Source: Armatimonadota bacterium (lineage in GTDB: Bacteria > Armatimonadota > UBA5829). From it: 60,315 nucleotides of DNA. Positions 58,880-60,315 of this stretch are shown here, in pieces (position 1 is the stretch's first letter; each line of letters begins with the position of its first letter). The DNA lies in contig JARYME010000004.1 in the NCBI GenBank assembly GCA_029907315.1, positions 1 to 60,315 on the forward strand. Direction: 5' to 3'. The translations under genes were made by a program, and so were the position numbers. The notes beneath the pieces were generated by a model that made no database searches, had not been told where the DNA came from, and saw nothing but the letters and a program-made list of their open reading frames with translations.

Positions 58880-60037
58880 TTATCCCCTGCCGTGCTCGCG
58901 GTAATACGCAAGTCCCTCAACAAGCGTTTTGATGTTCTCCCAAGGAACCCCGGGCGCAATTGAACTCGATGCCCCCAAGAAAAGGCCTGTCTTGGGACCG
59001 TGGGCAACAAGCCAGTCCAACTCACGTTTGACGTCAGCCGGCGTTCCCATAGGAAGTGTTCTGGTCACCGATACACCAGCAATAATGATGAGGTCGTTGC
59101 CCTCCCGAGTCTTCATTCGACATATGCGCTCATAGTCCATCCCGTCCTCGTACTGGAATCCTTGAAAACCTACAAGACCGCAGTCCAGAAGACGCGGCAC
59201 CATTTCCATCAGGTTTCCGTCGCAGTGCCAGATCATCTTAATTCCGGCTTTCAGGCAGGGCTCTATAGAACGCGCAAAATGCGGGAACCATATTTTATCC
59301 AAGCTTTCCACTCTGACCAACGTGCCGCGTGAATCAGCCATATCATGATCAAGGCGAACCAGAGGAGGAAGACCACCTTCCAAAATCGCACGTGCCGCGG
59401 CGCGGTTCTTCCTAACCGCCAAATCCGCCTGCAGCGAGAAATGTTTCTCCATGACATCAGGGTAGAGAGCATATGCCGAGAAGTAATTCACGTATCCGTA
59501 GGTTCCATAGGCAAAGCCGGGAAACGATATTATGCCGTAAGGACTCTTGAGCATAGTCGGCCCTATGGTTTCCTGCAGCGAACGCTCTCGGCGAATGATC
59601 TCTTGAACGCTTGCTTCCTCGTCAAACTCTGCCGCAGCCGACTGCAGCCTCGGGAATACGAACCGTTCCAAATGCTCCACGACGGCCTCTGGCGAATCGA
59701 TTATTACACCGTCTACGACGATTCTGTCGGCGCCAGTCGTCGCACCGCGGTCGTCGCCCTGATAACCGTGCCTACCCATCGAAAGCGGATTCTCAGGAAT
59801 CCACTGGTCCATCAGGCACGTACCGATGGCAACCTGCATAGATCGGTAGACCTCTACGGGGTTCCTGGCATACTCCCCCGGCGGGACACCAGCAAGTCGT
59901 TCGATTATTGAATGCTCCATAATGTTGAGAAGCCAGCTGGGTATGCCTCGGGTAGGCCTCTGGTAGATGGTGTCTAGCGCCAGTCGGGCTGTAGGTGTGG
60001 TAGGCTGAGTTGCTTCCTCGGGTCTCAGTACAGACAA
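58880..60037 (-). CDS. Uroporphyrinogen decarboxylase-like (URO-D/MtaA-type TIM barrel) family protein
   Basis: The length, and C-terminal pattern (IWHCDGNLMEMVPRLLDCGLVGFQGFQ...GGVSVTRTL-type) resemble URO-D-superfamily proteins. Assignment is by recollection only. Confidence 0.45.
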   Translation of the reverse strand: MSVLRPEEATQPTTPTARLALDTIYQRPTRGIPSWLLNIMEHSIIERLAGVPPGEYARNPVEVYRSMQVAIGTCLMDQWIPENPLSMGRHGYQGDDRGATTGADRIVVDGVIIDSPEAVVEHLERFVFPRLQSAAAEFDEEASVQEIIRRERSLQETIGPTMLKSPYGIISFPGFAYGTYGYVNYFSAYALYPDVMEKHFSLQADLAVRKNRAAARAILEGGLPPLVRLDHDMADSRGTLVRVESLDKIWFPHFARSIEPCLKAGIKMIWHCDGNLMEMVPRLLDCGLVGFQGFQYEDGMDYERICRMKTREGNDLIIIAGVSVTRTLPMGTPADVKRELDWLVAHGPKTGLFLGASSSIAPGVPWENIKTLVEGLAYYREHGRG

Positions 60038-60050
60038 CTGCGGCGCCTCC

Positions 60051-60315
60051 TCAGATATCCCACTGCCACTCTTGCTTCTTCTTGCGCTTGTCTTTATCGA
60101 AGCTCGGAATCTTCAGCAGCTCACCGCCCTTCAGAGCCGATTGGTGAGCAACTATTCCCGGTGCCGTATAGGCGACTGCTTCGTAGACGTCGATGGCCGG
60201 TCGTCTCTCGTTCACTAGTGCGTCTATAAACTCGTGGGTCAGAAACACGTGCGAGCCTTCGTGTCCGCTGGGCACTCTGAGCGGCTCTGGTAGCATGTCG
60301 GTCTTCCACCACTCG
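60051..60315 (-). CDS. C-terminal part of a Gfo/Idh/MocA-like oxidoreductase (partial; N-terminus beyond the window end)
   Basis: The tail HEGSHVFLTHEFIDALVNERRPAIDVYEAVAYTAPGIVAHQSALKGGELLKIPSF resembles C-termini of this family in PVC- and Armatimonadota-type genomes. The reading frame stays open to the window edge. Confidence 0.5.
   Translation of the reverse strand, partial: EWWKTDMLPEPLRVPSGHEGSHVFLTHEFIDALVNERRPAIDVYEAVAYTAPGIVAHQSALKGGELLKIPSFDKDKRKKKQEWQWDI

Overview
This is a 60.3-kb bacterial chromosomal window, densely coding and moderately GC-rich by eye (not computed). I call 47 CDS (two cut by the window edges), one ncRNA, five promoters, three terminator-type hairpins and one further hairpin. 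I recognised no rRNA, tRNA, CRISPR array, transposase, integrase or phage gene.

Two long housekeeping blocks dominate. On the minus strand, 1-9568 holds smc / rseP-dxr-uppS-frr-pyrH-tsf-rpsB. A large Bacillus-type SRP RNA follows, then dnaX-ybaB on the plus strand. On the plus strand, 40.2-55.7 kb holds a fused radical-SAM protein, then RNase G, rplU, rpmA, a serpin, obg, proB, proA, nadD, an LCP protein, rsfS, a TPR protein, accD and accA.

Single carbohydrate and envelope genes sit between and after these blocks. They include a 7-blade FG-GAP propeller, a GH4, an MBL hydrolase, an SSS transporter, a GH39-like hydrolase, a sugar-phosphate isomerase and a GH51 arabinofuranosidase. They also include a CoA-disulfide-reductase/rhodanese fusion, MarC, an orphan PIN protein, PBP4, an H+-PPase, a beta-helix protein, an arylsulfatase and a DUF202 protein.

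The gene order, the LCP and VanW genes, the Alu-domain SRP RNA and the scattered CAZymes hint at an Armatimonadota- or Chloroflexota-like organism. That is speculation.

The best candidate for an undescribed system is a translationally coupled minus-strand trio at 22636-29853. It consists of an unclassifiable ~546-aa polytopic membrane protein, a ~1584-aa thioester (CTEQ) alpha-2-macroglobulin and a VanW-domain protein, without the canonical PBP1C or yfaT/A/Q/P partners. The second candidate is an inhibitory-type, membrane-anchored serpin sitting behind the rpmA terminator and directly ahead of obg. I see no clear, self-evident novel defence system or mobile system. All functional assignments come from reading the translated ORFs and motifs, with no database search.
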